A stretch of 63,250 nt of DNA, counting the filler, from Reclinomonas americana ATCC 50394 (Eukaryota), in the NCBI GenBank assembly GCA_048213135.1. It is 8 parts of 3 records of this genome, joined end to end, with 100 filler letters (N's around TTAATTAATTAA, not from the genome) between each part and the next. Parts side by side here need not be neighbours in the genome. Positions count along the whole stretch, not along the records: positions 1 to 18,863 come from PS015809.1; positions 18,964 to 25,895 come from PS015811.1; 6 more parts are not named here. One strand, given 5' to 3'. Each line of letters starts with the position of its first letter. Position 1 is the stretch's first letter. Positions 11,973 to 24,749 of this stretch are shown here, piece by piece. The position numbers and the translations under genes were made by a program. The notes beneath the pieces were generated by a model that did not search any database, had not been told where the DNA came from, and saw nothing but the letters and a program-made list of their open reading frames with translations.

Positions 11973-13991
11973 ATGCCGAGCGCAGTGTGGAGAACCTCCG
12001 CGCTCTTTGGCGTGTGCACAGTGTTATGCATCGCCGCCACTGCGACTCAGATTGTCGGTCTTGCCACCACACACTGGCTGTTGCGCACACGAACTCACAC
12101 CACACACACACACTCACTCTATTTCTTACTGCCTCTCACGATCACTCACACGCAGAGAGGAGTCCTGCTCCGATTCAAGCGCGTTCAATGCCGGCCTATT
12201 AGAACGGTACTCCAATGCACACACACACGCACACTGAGCGCAAGAGACTGACGCAGAATGCACACACAGAACGCTGTGTGTGATTACACTCAACGGATCG
12301 TTTCGTCACACTCTCTGCTCGCTCGCTCGCTCGCTCCTTCTCTCTCTTACACACACTGTGTGCATAGTCGCCTGTGCTCCTCATGTACGAACTGCGAGGG
12401 ACCAGGAGGGAGCACAGTCGGTCGCGATGTTGCGCACACACAAACAATCGAACAGGCTTTTCGATATCTGCGTTTTCCTTATCATTGTCGTCGCGGTGCT
12501 GCATTGCAGAGCTTCATTTTAGCGGTGATTGCCGGCGTTTGCACTGCTGTGGCGCTCATTGCAGCTGCCTGGGCGTGGGTGCTGGCGCCTCGGCGACATG
12601 TGGTGCTGTGGGCAACAGCACTGGTTTGCATGTCATTCCTCCTCCATTCCCTCGCGACTGTTGCGCTCATTCTGTTGTGTGCAGGTGGCCATCTTTTGTG
12701 GATGTGCGCTTAGCTTGGCGGCGGTGGCGTACTACTCGGCCGCGGTCGATCGCCGATCGGCGTGTCCGTCGCCTACGCGCACGTGGATCTCGTGGAGCTG
12801 GTCGTTCAAGGTGTACTGGTGAGTCGCTTGCGGCGATGGAACAACGCCCCTCTGCGTAGCACACTCATGTGTTGTCGCAGGAGTGGCGCCATGTTGGCCT
12901 GGTTGGCGTTTCTCGCTCTCTGCATGGCGTGCATTCCGCGTCTCTTCTGTGGCGATCGTGACGGTGGCGGCAAGCAGGCAGACAAGTACACGCCGACGTC
13001 GCCAGTTGGTCGACTGCCGCTGTTGCAGATGGACACGACCTCGTCACCGATGCAGTCGCCGACCAGGGCGTTTGAGCAGAGCGCACCGGAGACACCACCG
13101 GCGGTGAGCTCACGCGCTGCGGCGGCCGTGGCGCCCGCGACGCCCTACACGCCGACCACAATGGCGCTGCCGCACACGCCAGCCGGAATCATTCTCCTCA
13201 CGCCTCCGTCGCCGGCGAATGGCGCGGATTCGACGGAGCATGCCGACATGCTGCTGCTGCATCCGCCGCCGCGCCAGCAGGTGGTGGCTCCGCCGGAGCC
13301 CATTCGCCTTCCCGAGCGAGGGGGAGTGGAGCCCATTGACTGGCTCGCGCTGTCGGCCGCCCTACCGTGGCGCCGCACACCCGCCGACGCCGAGCGTCGC
13401 AAGGTGCTGTTTACGGAGATCGACGCCAACGGCAATGCAATGCTGTCGATTGGCGAACTGGATCGCGCCCTGCGCACGATCCCCGGCCTCGAGGTGCTGG
13501 CACGGGCTCGACCGGCACTCGACCGGGCGTTCGACGGAGCACGTGCGCTCAGCCGCCACAAGACGCCGCGCGATCAGCAGATTGCCGATCGTTTCGTCGA
13601 GGCCAACGAGTTCCGCACGTTCCTCGTGCTGCTGCTGCGCAACGTGGAGATGTGGGACCTGCTGTGCCGCGCCGATGTGGACGACGACCGCGCGCTCTCC
13701 TTTGCCGAATTCTACAGCCTCAAGCCGGAACTGACCACGCGATGGGGCCTGGTGCTCCCCGCACGGAGCGCCTCGGCCGCCGAGAGCGTGGAAGACGTCG
13801 AAGAGGACGACACAGACGACAGCGCCGCCGCCGACGACCCGGATCGTCGCGCGTGGCAGACCGTCTTCCGACGGGAGTCCGCCCCCAGACTGCCACCACG
13901 CATGGTGTTCAACGAGCTGGCAGGCTGGATGGAACGCCTGCAGTGCCGGCGACGCGACACCGAACAGCATCCGGACCTCGAGTGGGAGTAA
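11973..13991 (+). CDS. Claudin/PMP22-like four-TM protein fused to a C-terminal flagellar calcium-binding protein (FCaBP/calflagin)-like EF-hand domain
   Basis: TM1 then W...GLL...C...C loop, two further hydrophobic helices and WSWSFKVYW before TM4. A P/T-rich linker leads to IDWLALSAALPWRRTPADAERRKVLFTEIDANGNAMLSIGEL...FVEANEFR...DVDDDRALSFAEF. TM4 and the EF region lie in one exon. Confidence 0.75.
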
Positions 13992-14195
13992 CGCAGTGCC
14001 CAGTGGAAAAGCGGGTCAACAAGAAGCGGCGCCAGCATCACGCCGCTTTGCTGCGAAGACTACTCAACCGTCATCGCAGTCGCGCGCATCAGCTCGAGTC
14101 ACGAAAACACGTCGAGGCTCTCGACATTGACAAGGACATTAATGAAATTCCCACAGTCCGTCACCTTTGTTCCTCTCACACACACGCGCGCAGTC

Positions 14196-17100
14196 ATGAC
14201 GCGTGGTGTCGCACTCCTCTCGCTCCTCCTCGCGGTGGCACTGCTCACGCTCAGCGCACACGCAGCCGTGCTGACTGAGAATGGTCACTTCCTTCTCGCA
14301 CACATGTGTGACGCATCTCTTCTCACTCCTCCACACACACTCTCTCTTTCTCAGACGCCTCCGCCTCCAGTGAGCCGCACATGGCTGCGAGCTATGAGCA
14401 CCTGGGATACGACGACTATGGTGATGTCAGTGGCATCTCGGCTTCCGCCTCTCCGCACATGACTGCATCAGTGCGTGTTGGCTCTGTGATGCGTCAGGCC
14501 GACGGCACTTGGCGTGTGATCAGCACCATTGACATGAGCAGTGAGTTGAAATCATGATTGCCATGTAATGCAGTCAGCCAAGTCGCTCATTGTCTGTCAT
14601 TCGTTGGAAGACTCTGTCGCCTATGGTGTGTACAACAACACCAACTTGCAAGTCGGTTGGGGCGTGTTGCGCATGCAGGTGTCGGCGGCCACTGACGCCA
14701 ATGATGCCGACAAGGCGTATGCTCTCGGTGTGTATGTGTCGCGTGTTGCGCTTGGTGTCGCGTGACTGACGTGCGCAAAGGCTTGCTGGAGTCGTACCTC
14801 ACGTGGGATCTCATGTTCTACTACACGCAAAACTACATGCTGAATGAGGTGAGCTGCGCGTGCTGTGCGGTCTACCCTCCCCGACGTGAGCGTGCATGTG
14901 TGTGACCCGCGGGGGTCATCGCAGTTTGGTGCCATGCTGCCGAATGCTCCGGCTGGTGAGTTGACCGCCGCCGCAGTTGAGAGGAGTCATCAGTGGTAGT
15001 AATGGTGATTCGTCGCAGGCTACTGGGACTGGTTCAGCCAGCAGCAGCAGTTCATTCAGAGTCAGATTGCGTCGCGCCAGAACAATTCTCCCGAGTGTTG
15101 CGTGCCGGCGATCGACGGTGTCGTGTGTTTCCTGCTCACACCTGTGTCCGTACACAGTGATGCGCTACTGGCAGGCGCAGTACCTGCTGGATCAGCAGTT
15201 TTCTGGCATGGTCGCCGGCTACAATGCCTTCCGCCAGGCCCCTGCAGAGGTACGCGATTGCGCATTCTTGTTTTCTTTTTCGCTCTGCATTTCTGACGCG
15301 ACGACGATGATGTTCTTTTGTTTCTCTCTGTTTCCGCAGCCGCTGTCTCGCCTTCGTTTCGCACTGCTCCGCATTTGCTGTGATTACGACTCTGCCGTCT
15401 CACACATGTTGTGTGTCCACCGCAGAACTGTACTTGCTGCAGTCGGCTGGTGACCTTTACGAGCTGAACGACAAGGTGACGTACAGGGTAGTGTGTTGCA
15501 TGCGTTTCGTTCATCGGTGGTGTGATGCTCACGCAGAAGATTGTCTGCAGTTCAACGTCACCAAGGGCCCCGTGCACCACCTCAGCATGCGCCCCGGTCT
15601 CACCGAGTGCTCCGCCATTGTGCAGGTAACAGGAGGCCGCCCGTATTGCTCTTCTCTCCGTTTTTTTCTCACTCTGCGCGTGCTGGCTCACAGTTTTGCC
15701 CGGGTCAAGATCTCTACGCAGCGCATGTCACCTGGCGGTGAGTCGACGAGCACATGCACGCTGTGGCTTTCTGTTGCAAGAGAACTCACGAGATCATCGT
15801 CGCAGCCCGTGGTACTCTGGCGGACTGCGCATCTGGAAGGTTTCGTAGTGCTCTTGTGAGGTCAAAGTTCTCGAAATCGACAACAAACGTCATTCATGAA
15901 CCAGCTCGTCACCTACCGCTACACGAGCATTCCGAACGTGTCGTCGCCCTTCACAGTCGCCACGTCGAGCTCGCCGACGTTCCTCAGCTCCAAGGTTTGT
16001 TGCGAATCGTACCACCTTTGGCTGATGCACCGGCCGTAACTCTGTGTGCCATGCCTCGCGCAGGACGATTTCTTCATTACCGGCAACCGCCTCACCGTAA
16101 TGGTCAGTTGCTCTTCAGAGAGACGAGAGAATGCAAGTTCGTCCTCTCACATTCTGCACGCGGCGCGCAGGAGACGACAAACTCGGTATTCAACAAGTCG
16201 CTGCTTGACCTCATCATGCCGCACAGGTGACAGCAATTGTGTGTGCATCACATGCGCCCCGCGCCACGTCATGACCCTCTGCTTGCAGTGCTCTGTGCTG
16301 GCAGCGAGCCGTGGTCTCCAACCTTCTCTCTGCCAATGGCGATGAGTGGACGGTAAGTGCTGCACGCCTGAGATTGACATGTCCACATCGCAGCACGCTC
16401 ACTACTCTCTGTGCGTGTGTGTGTGTCTCTCTCTCTCCAGACCAACTTTGCGCGGTTCAATTCCGGCACGTTGCGTAGAGCAGTTGGCGTGGTCTCCTCC
16501 ACCCATTCTCGTCGTGCGCCTCCTCATTGGTTGTGTGATGCAGGTACAACAACTTCTGGCACGTGATTGACGGCAAGAACTTCAACAAGCAGTCGACAAC
16601 GCTGGTTGGCATTGCACGCATGTATGTATGTGTGTACGTGTAATGCGGGATGTACTGATTGACAACGGCACAGCCACCGGGCACTCTGTGGGCCGTCGAG
16701 CAACTGCCTGGCCAGACGCAGCGCGGGGATTTGACTGCACAGATCAACGCCAATGGCTACTTTGCCACCTACAATGTCGTGCGTGTCATCGTGCCGTTTT
16801 TGTCAAGAGTGCCGCTACTATGATCTCACTCACTTCCCTGATGCTGCTACGCACCCGTGACAGCCGTACTTCAAGGTGAATGCTCTCCTTGCCCTTGTGA
16901 AAGATGGTTGTTGCCGTGCTCACATGCGCGACAGGAAATCTATGATGCCTCCGGCTACGAGGACATGTTCAAGAAGAAGGGCGACGAGTACTCGTTCGAC
17001 AAGTGCCCGCGCGCCAACATCTTCCGCCGCTACGCACTCGGCAGCAGCGGCACCGCCAAGTATTCGGTGAGTGTGCATGCTGTGGTGCACACAAATTCTT

Positions 17101-17599
17101 TTATTCACCGTCTCGTTGCAGAATTGTGCGGCCGACACCAGCAAGGTGAAGCAGATCATTCAGTGGAACGACTTCCAACACGACCCGCTCTCGATGGGCG
17201 ATCCCATGAATGCAATCGCCTCGCGTGGCGACTTCCTCTCTGGCTCCCAGGGCAAGCCGGTGGCTTTCGGCGGCACCGACGGCAAGGTACGTGCAGCAAT
17301 GCACACACATCCTCCGCCGTCGCTCATTCTCGTGCACAGATTTCTGCTGCTTCTCGAGTCGATTTCCTCGCGGCCGATGCCATTGTGGGCCCGACCCACG
17401 AGTCTCTGCCGCCCTTCCGCTGGTCGGAGCACCCCGAGTTCGCCGGCGTGCACCATGCCGGCGCACCCGACCTCTTGTTGCGTCCCGCTCCCGCTCATTG
17501 CCTGCGTCTCCTGTTCTCTCTCACCTGTACGCCACGCGCAGCAACTTTGACTGGATGAACATCTCGTCCAAGTTCCCGACTGCGGAGGTGGACGAGTGA
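14196..17599 (+). CDS. Phospholipase B-like protein (PLBD family, secreted/lysosomal Ntn hydrolase), about 20 exons
   Basis: Signal peptide; GWGVL, ECSAIV (catalytic Cys), AHVTW, SSKDDFF, ETTN, NSGTYNN, EQLPG, YNVPYF, PRANIFRR, NAIASRGD, GGTDGK, GPT...PPFRWS and PDLFNFDW; TGA at 17597-17599. Confidence 0.95.
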
Positions 17600-17770
17600 C
17601 CTGCGAGTGGTGGAGAGTATGTGTGTTGTTTCCCCTGTTGATGGCCGCCCACCCATCTCTGTGAAGGAGGAGTGGCGAATGCACGCACGACGTTTGTTTT
17701 CAGAACACGATTCATTTTGATTTACAACAACAACAACAACAGTTAACTCGCACGCCCAGGTGACTATCAA

Positions 17771-18863
17771 TTACGCGGACACCATGAGCGGCTGCTCAGC
17801 GACCATAACTGGCATCTCGTGGAAGAGCGACAGGGTCTCCTCCGGCGTGATGGGTCTCAACAGGCATGCAATCGTTTTCTTCTTGCTCTTCTTGCTGGAG
17901 GACGCTGCGGTCGCTGTCGCAGGCGGCAAATCCTCAACAGCGGATCCACTGCATCCGACAGAGTCGGTGGAGCTCGACACTGTGGTGGCGGCGGCAGCGG
18001 CGGCCTTCACCGCGAGGTCACGACCGCGGTTCGACCAGATCTCGTCGACGTTTTCGACAATGGTGCATAGCACAATGGTGTTGCTGCGCAGCGAGCGCGG
18101 CAGGCGCCAATAGGTTCGGCGCAGCAGGCGCGCGGTCCGCTGAGGATTCTGGTCAGACGGGGGAACACAGAAGGAGGAGGAGGAGGAGGTGCTGTGTGCG
18201 TCGTTTCTCTCACCTTGTCGGGCGCCTGCACGTCCAGAATCTGCCGTGTCCACGTCACCTCGCCGGTCACGCCAGCTGCGTGTGCGGGACAGTGAGGGCG
18301 TGGCGACGGACAGCATGCACAGTGCGTCTCTCTTACCAGTGGACTTGTTGACTCCATCGAGCTTCTTGCGCAACAGGCGTTCGGCATCGTAGCGGGTGAA
18401 GCGGCCGACATGCTTGTACGCTCGAGTGACGGAGACTCCCATCGCTTCGTCTTCGATGCTGACACAGAAATCGGTGATCTTGCTGTACGGCACGTACTGA
18501 ATCTCGCACTGCGGACGGAGAACACAGTGAGTGTGCTGCTGCTGGCGTGGTGCTGACTGACGAGCGAAATACGCAACCTCTGTGGCGAGGAGCTCCGCGC
18601 GACAAAGTCGTGGGACCACCTCTATTGTAAAGCAGCAGAAACTAATGAGCCGCGTGAGAAGCAGTGCGCAGAGAAAAGGCGTTATCGTACCATACGAGAG
18701 AGCCTCGGATAGTTCGCTACTGCCTCCGGCGTTGTCTGCACGCAGGCCCACAAGTGTCAGGAGGGCGCGAAAACATGTTCCAGAAATAGACACCACCCCA
18801 CCGGATGTCAGGATCCGCCGCGCGCCACACGAAAGAATGAGGTCGCGGAAGCGCGGAACATGC
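17771..18863 (-). CDS. AAC4-like protein (Dictyostelium AAC-rich mRNA clone AAC4 family), 5'-partial
   Basis: Spliced DNAGGSSELSEALSYE...LLATECEIQY...ITDF...GVSVTRAYK...FTRYDAERLLRKKLDGV...WTRQILDV matches the family pattern as recalled. Confidence 0.75.
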
Positions 18864-18907
18864 NNNNNNNNNNNNNNNNNNNNNNNNNNNNNNNNNNNNN
18901 NNNNNNN

Positions 18908-18919
18908 TTAATTAATTAA
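18908..18919. other. Artificial scaffold-joining linker (six-frame stop TTAATTAATTAA flanked by N)
   Basis: The identical 12-mer sits between equal N runs here and at 25940, 42854, 46449, 58124, 59315 and 60834. Confidence 0.97.
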
Positions 18920-19138
18920 NNNNNNNNNNNNNNNNNNNNNNNNNNNNNNNNNNNNNNNNNNNNTCCGCCGCCGCCAGTGTGCACGAGCGACACGCAGTGC
19001 ATGGGCTACGGAGTGGGTCGTGCCGACAATGGTGGACTGTTTGTCGGCGGTCGCTGCGTGAGCAAGTTGCGTTGATGTGGACGAAGCATGTAGGCTTCAG
19101 GGAAAGAGAGGAGAACTGACGATTATGCATGTCGTGCA

Positions 19139-19326
19139 GTGCATGCTCGTGCACGTACCCGTACGCTCCGTTCAGCAGCACCGGTTCGATCGGCACGCAC
19201 TGCCAGTGCCGCATTGAGGGAGGCTGCCAGCTGCTGAACAAGGGTGCGACGCCGTACCAGGCGTTCAACTGGAGCACCGGTCAGCGCCTCGGCTGTGTGG
19301 CGGCGACGGACGCCAAGTGCGTGTGA
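19139..19326 (+). CDS. 3' terminal exon of a cysteine-rich, probably extracellular protein
   Basis: CSCTYPYAPFSSTGSIGTHCQCRIEGGCQLL...CVAATDAKCV* follows a TGCAG acceptor and precedes a T-rich 3' UTR. Confidence 0.5.
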
Positions 19327-19806
19327 TGAACGACTGACGACGATGCTATTCCTCCTTTTTTGTTTTTGATTTTCTCTTTTCTTCTACTCTTTGCCACTTC
19401 CCGCCCCTTATCGCACCCGTTGATGTTGTGTTATGGTATCGCTCGTCACCTGCTGACGATCGATAAATGAAAATGGGTGAGCGACTTTTCATTGACATTT
19501 CACATCGAGAATGGCAATCGATATTGCTGTTCTCACGTTCATCTGCTGTGGTACTTATCCTGCGCATCACAGCACCTCCCAGTGCAAGCGAGAGAAACAC
19601 GAAGAGGCACAAGCACGACGCACACCGCGGAAAAACTCCCATATTTGGAAAGAAAACTCCTACATTTTTTGCATTATTCTCGGTGAGCACAAGTCGCGAA
19701 CAATGCACTCTCTCACTCGCCCTCGCATCCCGTCGTGCTCACATGTGTGTGCCTGTGTGTGTTCGTGTGTGCAGCAGAGCGTGGACCTCGAACAAGCATC
19801 TCAACG

Positions 19807-22800
19807 ATGTTGGTTCGCAACCATTTCCCCGCCTTTGCTCTCACTGCACTGGTGCTTGTCACCGTTGCCGTTGCACTCCTCTCGTCGAGCGTCTCTGCTG
19901 TTCCCGCCTCTGTGCGCACGCAGTCGCAGTGGCCGTCGTCGGCGGTGAAGGTCTGTCTCTCACACGCGCAATGCATCGCGGCTCCATTTGCCATGATCAT
20001 TCACGAACAACGCGCACGCAGGTCAAGCCGCTGACTGCGACGTCTCCCCGCATTAACGTTGCCTACACTGGTCCCGCAATTGCCTCGCCCGCTGCTGCCT
20101 CTGAGGCGCTGGGAGAGCACGAGGTGCTGCCTGCGGAGGTGCGCACACCGGAAGATGCGGCGCTCTTCCACGCACGTCGCCTCCTGTCTGCCTCATCAGC
20201 AACCATGTCTGTCACTCGCACTCATGCGGCAACTCCCACTGGTTTGTGTGTGTGTGTGTGTACATGTGTGTGTGGCGCGCGAGCTCGAGTTCCATACAGT
20301 TTGTGTGTTTGTTGCTTGCCTTTGTTTTGTGTCTAAGTGCGAAATGTCCATGTACACCCGCACACACTCCTTCGCACGCTTCTCACACTGTGGCACCACC
20401 ACTCGTGCACGTAGTTTGTTTTCTGCGTGCGAAGCGAGTCGGGGTTTCGAACTCGAACATACCTGCGCGTGGGAATTTGCCTTCTTTGTCTCTTCCCGTC
20501 ACTCTTCCTCTCTCTCCTCCAGTTCTCTTTGTCTCTCTTTCTCGTGTAAGCACACTGGCATAGACACGCACAGACTCTGCACGACACCATATTTTTCCGA
20601 AGATGCACCACTTTTCCTGTTTTCCGAAAATTCATCTTCTCTTCACACACACAGCCGAGTCGGATGTGGNNNNNNNNNNNNNNNNNNNNNNNNNNNNNNN
20701 NNNNNNNNNNNNNNNNNNNNNNNNNNNNNNNNNNNNNNNNNNNNNNNNNNNNNNNNNNNNNNNNNNNNNNNNNNNNNNNNNNNNNNNNNNNNNNNNNNNN
20801 NNNNNNNNNNNNNNNNNNNNNNNNNNNNNNNNNNNNNNCGGGGAGGGAGAGAGAGGGAGAGAGGGAGAGAGGCTCTTTTCTCATGGAGTGTGACACGCAG
20901 GCGTTCTTCCCGGAGGCCGATGGATCGCTGACTGCCGCGTTCTTTGTGGAGTTCGATGCTACGGAGTCGAATGCGACCACGGCACTCAAGCGTCCGTCGA
21001 CATTCCGCTTTGTGGTGGCGAGCGAGTCGTGGCGCGTGCTGGAGTCGGCTAATTTGACGCAGAGCGAGTCTTACGACTACCGTGTGTGGGCGCGCGACAA
21101 CAACCTTCCCGCTGATTCCCCGACGGAGGACTGGACTCCGCATCCAACTGGCTCACCCGACGGCTTGTTCCCGGCCTTTGTGCCCCAGTCACTTATTTCG
21201 ATGGACTCATTCAACAAGTTCCACGACTCGTGGCTGCCGGTGAACGCGACAGAGACGCGCGGCAACAATGTGGATGCCTATGCCGACTTGGCGGCGCCGG
21301 ATGGCTTCAGTCTCGGCGATCTGCGTGCGACAGTGACGGCACCGAACACGTTTGATCGTGTGTTCAACACGACGCTGGACGCGCAAGAGTCGGATGATCA
21401 GATCATGGCAGACGTGACTCAGCTGTTCTACGCAACCAACTTCCTGCACGACTACTGGTACGACTCTGGCTTCGACGAGGCAGCTGGCAATGCGCAAGAC
21501 GACAACTTTGGTCGTGGCGGTGTCGGAGGCGACTCGATGCGGGCCGAGGCACAGGACTACTCTGGACACGACAACGCCGACATGACGACGCCGTCAGATG
21601 GCATGCGTCCGCGCATGCAGATGTATCTGTCAACCTCGAGCGTGACGACTAATTTGTTGCTGACACCACCGGGAACCACTTTCCCGCTTACTGGCTATGC
21701 TGGTTTTGGCCCGGTTACATACTCGGTGCGTTTCTCATGTGTGTGTGCGTGCGGTATATGCAGTCGTCGCAGCTGAAAACTGACAATTTCTTTTTTGTCG
21801 TGTTAAATTAGATGGATGGTCCATTGACTCTTGTAACATCCGACCCGTTGGCGTGCTCACCGCTGACTGAGGACCTGACTGGAACGATTGCTGTTATCCA
21901 GCGTGGTCTTTGCAGCGCTCAATCCAAGGCGTACCGTACGCAGCAGGCGGGTGCCGTTGGCGTCATCTTCATCAACTTGGACGACTATTTTTCCAATATG
22001 TCGTTTGATCCGACGGTGCCTCCGGTGACAATTCCCGCCTTGGCTGTGCAAAAGTCTACGGGCCAGGTCATCAAGGACAACCTCAAGCTCGGCCCCGTGA
22101 CCGCCAAGATCGACACGACGAAGTTTTACCGTGGAAGCAGCTTGGATTCTGTTGTGTTCCACGAGTGGGGTCACTTCCTGCACCTTCGCTTGGCGCCAAC
22201 GTGCAATACGGTCATGTGCGCTTCGATCAGCGAAGGAATTGCCGACTTCAACGCACTGCACACGATGCTGCAGAGCGGCGACAACCTGGACGGCACCTAC
22301 GCCATCTCCATTTACGAAGGCCGCGACGCGTACTTTGGTATTCGTCGACTGCCGTACAGCGTGGACAAGACGAAGAACCCGGCTACGCTCAAGAACATTT
22401 CCATTGCGGTGCCGTTCACCTTCGCCCCATCTGTTGCCATACACGTAAGCCCTGGTGACAATAATGAGCCGCACAACGCAGGCGAGGTGTGGGCTGCTGC
22501 GATGTTTGAGGTGTGTCGTGTCATCTTCTGAATCGAGGTGTTTGTGTTTGTGGAGAGACTCACCGTCGCTCGTGTCGCCAGGGTTACATTGGACTGCACA
22601 AGAACCCCAATGGCCGCACCTTCGCGGAGGTCAAGCGTGCAATGGCCGACTACGTGGTGGCTGGCCTGCTGACGGTGTCTGGACCTGGAAGCTACGTCGA
22701 CTACCGAGACTCGTTCCTGACAGCCGCGAATGCTGTAAATCCGGCCGATGCGGCGATCTTGGCTTCTGGATATGCCACCCGTGGACTCGGTTCGTTTCTT

Positions 22801-24107
22801 CCGTGCATGAGGGAGAGAGAATGAGAGAAAAGTGTGTGTGCGTTTCTGACGTCAGCGACTGTAGGAGCGTGCGCTGTGGCACCCCAGTTGCCAGACTACA
22901 CCGACGTCGTCGAGTCTCTCGACAATGATTGGTCCAAGTTTATCTTGTCACTGGATGATGTGGTTGTCGGCGAGGGCACCAAGAGCTGCAACCATGATGG
23001 CGTGGTGGTACGTCTGCTGCTCTATGTGGTTATTTCCGTGTCGCCGGTAGACTCTCATACTGTGCACACGATTGCAGCAAGCCGGCGAGGATGGTGTCGT
23101 GCGTGTGACGTTGCGCAACACCAGTCGCTACGTGACCGGCAGTACGGCTGGCAAGACGGTGACGGTGACATTGACGCTTGATGCCGATTCATCGGCCGCG
23201 GCGGTGTTTGTGGACAGCCTGAGCAAGACGATTGCACCACCGGCAGCCGGCCAATCCACGGTGGTCGAGTTCAACTTCAAGCTGCGATCGACGGCACGCG
23301 GCAGTGCACTCCTGGCGGGCCATGTGAAGGCGACATCTGCCACCGCCTGCAACTCAGCGGCGGGCTCGTTCTCGCGCACGATGAACGTCGAGTTCAATGC
23401 CGCGGCAACAGCCACAGAGACCGTGGAGGCGCCATTTGTGGAGCAAGTGTGGACGAATGGCGGCACCCCGCTGCACCAGTGGTCCCCGCAACACGTCCAA
23501 ATCCCTGGACAGCCTGCCACCAACCAAATGTGGTTTGGTGCGGACATTGGCAACGTCGCTGATCACTGGATCCAATCGCCTGCGCTCCACGTGTCGAGCG
23601 ATCCTGCGTCTCACTTCAAGATCGAGTTCGATCACGCATTTGCGTTTGAAGCTGATTTGAATCCCGACGGATCGATTGCGATTGCGTGGGACGGCGGTGT
23701 TGTGGAGATTTCCGATGACGACGGCGCGACGTGGACTGATGTATCGAACTGGGTGTCGGTGAGTGCTATTATTGTTGTTGTCGTCGTCGTCAGTGTGTTG
23801 ATCAGCTTACTCAAACGCTGGTGTTGCAGCCGTCGTACACTGGCATTCTCACCGACATTTCGGGCAATCCACTGTCGCTGCGACCAGCCTACTCCGCCCT
23901 TAACGCCAACTACCCCAATATTAATCACGAGTCATTCGATTTCGGCACTGCATTTGCCGGTGGGTATATTGTCATCTGTTGCTGCATTCACCGACGGTAG
24001 AGGTGATCTCACTCTTACTTGTCGCCCAGGCAAGACCGTGTCGATCCGTTTCCGCATCGGCTGTGACGGAGGCGGCACATTCCTTGGATGGCTGATTGAC
24101 AACATTG
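19807..24107 (+). CDS. Secreted M36 (fungalysin) family zinc metalloprotease with an inserted PA domain and a C-terminal beta-sandwich; bacterial-type; 3'-partial
   Basis: Signal peptide; ETRGNNVDAYAD, QLFYATNFLHDYWYDSGFDEAAGNAQDDNFGRGG, AEAQDYSG, PSDGMRPRMQMY; PA domain IAVIQRGLC...AGAVGVIFIN; zinc site VFHEWGH with SEGIADF; EPHNAGEVW; WDGGVVEISDDDGATWTD; IRFRIGCD...GWLIDNI. Confidence 0.93.
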
Positions 24108-24749
24108 NNNNNNNNNNNNNNNNNNNNNNNNNNNNNNNNNNNNNNNNNNNNNNNNNNNNNNNNNNNNNNNNNNNNNNNNNNNNNNNNNNNNNNNNNNNNN
24201 NNNNNNNNNNNNNNNNNNNNNNNNNNNNNNNNNNNNNNNNNNNNNNNNNNNNNNNNNNNNNNNNNNNNNNNNNNNNNNNNNNNNNNNNNNNNNNNNNNNN
24301 NNNNNNNNNNNNNNNNNNNNNNNNNNNNNNNNNNNNNNNNNNNNNNNNNNNNNNNNNNNNNNNNNNNNNNNNNNNNNNNNNNNNNNNNNNNNNNNNNNNN
24401 NNNNNNNNNNNNNNNNNNNNNNNNNNNNNNNNNNNNNNNNNNNNNNNNNNNNNNNNNNNNNNNNNNNNNNNNNNNNNNNNNNNNNNNNNNNNNNNNNNNN
24501 NNNNNNNNNNNNNNNNNNNNNNNNNNNNNNNNNNNNNNNNNNNNNNNNNNNNNNNNNNNNNNNNNNNNNNNNNNNNNNNNNNNNNNNNNNNNNNNNNNNN
24601 NNNNNNNNNNNNNNNNNNNNNNNNNNNNNNNNNNNNNNNNNNNNNNNNNNNNNNNNNNNNNNNNNNNNNNNNNNNNNNNNNNNNNNNNNNNNNNNNNNNN
24701 NNNNNNNNNNNNNNNNNNNNNNNNNNNNNNNNNNNNNNNNNNNNNNNNN

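Noticed and set aside
10631..16543. TT-donor (non-GT) introns, from sliding the GTTGCG junction by one base
   Set aside because: Sliding is sequence-neutral only where G follows the acceptor (e.g. 10631, 16470). At other sites it breaks the frame or loses the AG, so GT-AG with a shifted consensus is simpler.
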